This document shows positions 36,560 through 40,264 of a stretch of DNA of 40,264 bases, one piece after another. How positions within the stretch are numbered: the stretch's first letter is position 1; each line of letters opens with the position of its first letter. The position numbers and the translations under genes are program-made. Source of the DNA: Octopus bimaculoides (Eukaryota); contig NC_068996.1 in the NCBI RefSeq assembly GCF_001194135.2, positions 19,797,951 through 19,838,214 of the forward strand, read 5' to 3'. A model generated the notes under the pieces. That model made no database searches, had not been told where the DNA came from, and saw only the letters and a list, made by a program, of their open reading frames with translations.

Positions 36560-37560
36560 CGAGGTCTGATCAATAAGTATCCAGAGTGGTGCTATAAAAA
36601 CAAAACTACAACACGTACCAATTTGGCATTTAATCTTCTTCAAAGTAGTCCCTTTCGGAAGCCACAATTCAATCCAGCGCTGATTCCATTGATGGAAGCA
36701 TTCCTGGCACTCGTTTTCTGAAATAATCAGCAGCTGCCTCGTCGCATTTTTCCTTTCAAACGGAATTTGATGCTTGGAAAGAGGGAAAATTCGCTACGGG
36801 CGAGATCTGGGGAATACGGTGGCTGTCGGACCTGAGGAACGCTGTGCCTAACCAAAAACTTCTGCATAAGCTGCGCTGAATGGGCAGGTGCAATTACCAC
36901 TCACATGACGCATGCAGTTGTAGCCTTCTCCGACAGATAGCATCGCGCAAATGCCACAAAACATCACAGTAGTACTCCTTGTTTACTGTCCGACCAAGTG
37001 GAGCATACTCATGATGAGCAATCCCCTTGTAGTCGAAGTAAACGGTCAACAGTATCTTCACATTGCTTCGATTCATTCGTGCTTTCTTCGGTCTTGGACA
37101 GGTTGGGATCTTCCACTGCGAAAACTGAGCCTTTGTTTCGGGTTCATAGCCATAGACCAACGATTCATCACCCGTTATAACCGTTTTCAAAAAAGTTTTC
37201 ATCGTTCTCGTCAGATTCAAGGAGATCTTGTGCAACCCGAGTGTCTTTTTGGTCAACTGAAAGCAGTTTTGCCACAAACTTGGCAGACGGACGTCTCGTG
37301 CCCAAATCGTCAGTGTATTGGACTGAACTGAACCTAATCTGCACATTCTTTGATAATTCACGGATAGTGATTCGACGATTTCTTCTCAGGCACATCAGCG
37401 ATGTATTTTTCAGTTCTGCTGGTTGCGGTTCTCCCAAAACTTTCGCCGCTATCGACATTTTTTCAGCCATCTTGGAAACGTCTGAACCACTCGTACACTT
37501 GTGTACGGCTCACACACTCATTTCCATACACGTTCTGCAACTTTACGGTATTTGTATATA
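36560..37560 (-). mobile_element. Mariner (DD34D-type) transposase pseudogene with right TIR, 5'-truncated
   Basis: VITGDESLVYGYEP, APAHSAQ, PPYSPDLARSEF (34-residue spacing, terminal D mutated to E). TIR CGAGGTCTGATCAATAAGTATCC preceded by TA. Same family as 15830-16714. Confidence 0.92.
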
Positions 37561-37865
37561 CGTGTAAGACATTTCAAAATTCTCCATCTGAAATTGTTAT
37601 GTGAACAGATGCACACACTTGGGTGTATGCATCGACAGCTCAACCAACACATCAACTCGAACATATATATACAAACACCGAGAACTCTCTTAACTCAAAA
37701 AGTTTTGTCGCTTTGAACTCCCTCAAAAAGAAATTAAATTAAATTCAAAGAAATGTGTGTATGTGTGCGTGTGTGTATGTATGTGTGTGTGTGTGTGCGC
37801 GTGTGTGTGTGTGTGTATCATTACATTACACTTAAAAAACGTAGCTAAGAGTGACATATACATAT

Positions 37866-38460
37866 CTTTTATCTCACGCTTAGGCTATTCTGGGGCGCTG
37901 CCTTGAAGAATTTCTTAATCAAATAAACCAACACCAGTAATTTATTTTTAAGCTAAGTACTTATTCTATCGGACATAAAGACACCAGCGCCGGTTGTCAA
38001 GCGGTAGTGAGGAAAACACATGCATAAAGACACACACAGTCACACACACACGCGCGTATTTGCTTGTATGTGTGTGTGAGTGTGCGCGTGCGTGTGTGTG
38101 TGTTTGAGTGTGTGTGTGGAACCATTAATCCAGACACATTTATTCTCTCTCTATTGTTTCCTCTCCTCCCTTTCTGTCGATGAGCGTAGATTCGAAACAG
38201 TAAAGAATTTTCCATTTTTCTCGAGCGTCAACTTAATACACCGGCTTATTACTCCCTCACCTGTCTTTGTCTTTTGTTTTCTGTACATTTGAGCCACAAA
38301 CACACACACACTTACATACACATATAAACGACCGGTTACTTTCAGTTTCTGTCAACCAAATCCACTCAAGAGTCTTTGGTCGGCCCGAGGCAATAGTACA
38401 AGGCAGTTGTCCAAAGACCCACGCTGTGGGACAGAACCCGGAACGATGTGGTTCGGAAGC
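37866..38460 (-). mobile_element. SINE family A, interrupted in its microsatellite and truncated at its head
   Basis: Tail 37866-38030, insert 38135-38292, head 38325-38460. Confidence 0.75.
38135..38292 (+). mobile_element. Short repeat with degenerate hammerhead-like motif, nested in SINE-A
   Basis: TCGATGA-GCGTAGATTC-GAAACAGTA-AAGAA. Downstream part homologous to 14668-14760. Confidence 0.5.
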
Positions 38461-38600
38461 TCAGCTGGTACTTATTTTATCGACCCTGAAAGGATGAATG
38501 CCAAACTCGACCACGGCGCAATTCAAACTCAGTACGTGAAGACGGACGAAATGCCACTAAGCACTTTGCCGGTTGCGAACGATTCTGCCAGCTCGCCGCC
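38461..38600 (-). mobile_element. SINE family B, 5' part
   Basis: Ends GATTCTGCCAGCTCGCCGCC. Confidence 0.88.
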
Positions 38601-38614
38601 TCAAGAACAAACTT

Positions 38615-38833
38615 AATATTGGTTTCAAATTTTGGCACAAAGCCGGCAATTTTGTGCAAGGGTGCAAGTCGATTACATCGACCCCCACTGCTCAAGTGGT
38701 AATTATTTTATCGAACCTGCAAGGATGAAAGGTAAAGTTGACCTCGGCAGAATTGAAACTGAGAACATAGAGACGGACGAAATACCGCGAAGCATTTTGT
38801 CCAGCATGCTGACGATTCTGCCAGCTCGCCGCC
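38615..38833 (-). mobile_element. SINE family B, full length
   Basis: AATATTGGTTTCAAATTTTGGCAC ... CCAGCTCGCCGCC. Confidence 0.9.
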
Positions 38834-39425
38834 TTAATTCTGGCTAAAAAAAAATTCGACAATAAAATGGTCGGACTTTGAACAGTTAGAAAATGAAGTA
38901 TATGTTAATGTTTATGAAATGTTCACATTTTTAATTTGGGTGAAATAACATATGTAATTAGCGTGTTCCAGATGTTAGTGTTGGTATGTCGCGAGAAAGA
39001 GAGGAAGAGAAAGAGCCAGGTGGATGATATGACTTTTATAAATGTCAATACAGTGTTGTTAGGGTGGTTTGTTTGTAGGTACGTTTTCTTTACAAGGCAG
39101 AACCGGTAGAACCAGCTGAGAAATTTATTCTAGTTCTTAGAACGGGATTTCTCTGTTACGCTGTGAAGATGTCTTGATTTACTTTTGAATGCTCATCCTT
39201 CTACGACGTAAGTGAAAGACCAACGAACTATTTGCCTTCACACTCCTCAGCCCACTCTCTCAGATTATAAGCTTTGCTTCGTGGATTTAAAATGATTTGT
39301 TTTCAACTAACTGTTATCTGCATTGTCGAAGAGTGTAATTTTGTTGAAAAGGTTCCTTCGATGCAGTTTCGAATTCTAGTAGACCGTTTCCTTTAGCCCA
39401 GTCCTTTGTATATATCACTCTAGTT

Positions 39426-39670
39426 CAGTGATTCCAAACTTGGGGCATAAGTCCCACCGGTTGGACCTGGGGTAGTCATGGTGGGGCATGATGCCGTAGT
39501 CGCCAGGCACAAGGTTCTCATTAAAGTGATTCACTGTTGTGTTTTTTCATTAAATAATTGTGATAAAATTTCAAAAATAAAGTAGTTTTTTTCCAACCAC
39601 TGGTGGGGCATACATTTTTCTGGAACGTTATAGTGGGGCCTGGGGGAGGGGAATAAATAGGGAAACACTA
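39426..39670. mobile_element. hAT (Charlie-like) MITE, 245 bp
   Basis: Left end CAGTGATTCC, right end reverse complement TAGTGTTTCC. Flanking 8-mers CTCTAGTT and CTCTAGTC (7/8) fit the Charlie-type NTCTAGAN TSD. Confidence 0.8.
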
Positions 39671-40107
39671 CTCTAGTCGATTAAACGCAAGTGTAACTGG
39701 TTTTGCTTATTTCTTGCAGACATAGCAGTCTCCATGTAAGACTGCAACCCGGAATTGTTTCCAGTCGGTTGCAAAATATCTGCAGATCAGAAGAGAAACC
39801 ATGCTTCTTTCTGTTGAAAAAGATCATAAGCATTAAGACTAGTCTAAGTCAAAAAAGAATAACGAAGGTTTGTAAATCTATCATCGTGAAGTAAATGAAA
39901 GTTAAATCAATCTCATAAATAGATGTAAAGTTGCGTGAAGGTCGAAATCATTCGATTGATGGGATGAAAGCTTTCCTTTTGGCTCTGGCTGGTTGGTAGA
40001 AAAGAAACCCTAAGACATACAAAGCTATTCACTTCATAATGACAGCGCGCTTGGTATTATTGAAGACAAAGAAATACAGGATTCTTTTTATTTCTTTTAA
40101 TTTTTTA

Positions 40108-40198
40108 TCTTGTATCCGTTTCAATTATATTTTACTGCGGCCAAGCTGGGGGACTGCCATAAAGGACATTTTGTCGAATGAATCGACACCACTACTTA
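40108..40198 (-). mobile_element. SINE family A tail fragment
   Basis: ACTGCGGCCAAGCTGGGG...TTTTGTCGAATGAATCGAC. Confidence 0.6.
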
Positions 40199-40264
40199 GG
40201 AGGGATGTATGAAAAGTTTTTAGCCTCAAAAAAAAAAACATGGTACAAGACTTCTGATGAAGGT

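Noticed and set aside
40199-40264. Possible mariner-like TIR start (GAGGG..TGAAAAGTT) and CTGATGA at the window edge
   Set aside because: Truncated by the window end; the adjacent sequence is needed.

Overview
AT-rich, microsatellite-dense eukaryotic draft-assembly sequence with 16 N-gaps (~5.5 kb by my count). The SINE and repeat repertoire resembles what I associate with Octopus genomes (inference, not verified). I find no intact host gene; most entries in the supplied ORF track are microsatellite or N-run artefacts. The window is a transposon graveyard. It holds two tRNA-type SINE families (about 14 copies or fragments of family A, about 8 of family B); two internally deleted DD37D/maT elements; two relics of one DD34D mariner family, one built from two left ends; and a hAT MITE with an 8-bp TSD. 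It also holds fragments of several LINE clades: CR1-group, RTE, Dong/R4-like, CRE-like, a C2H2-finger-ending LINE tail, and an RT relic. The most unusual signals are a Penelope-type minimal hammerhead ribozyme core plus several degenerate hammerhead-like remnants, two long near-spacerless palindromes, and a (TAA)n array carrying stacked insertions.
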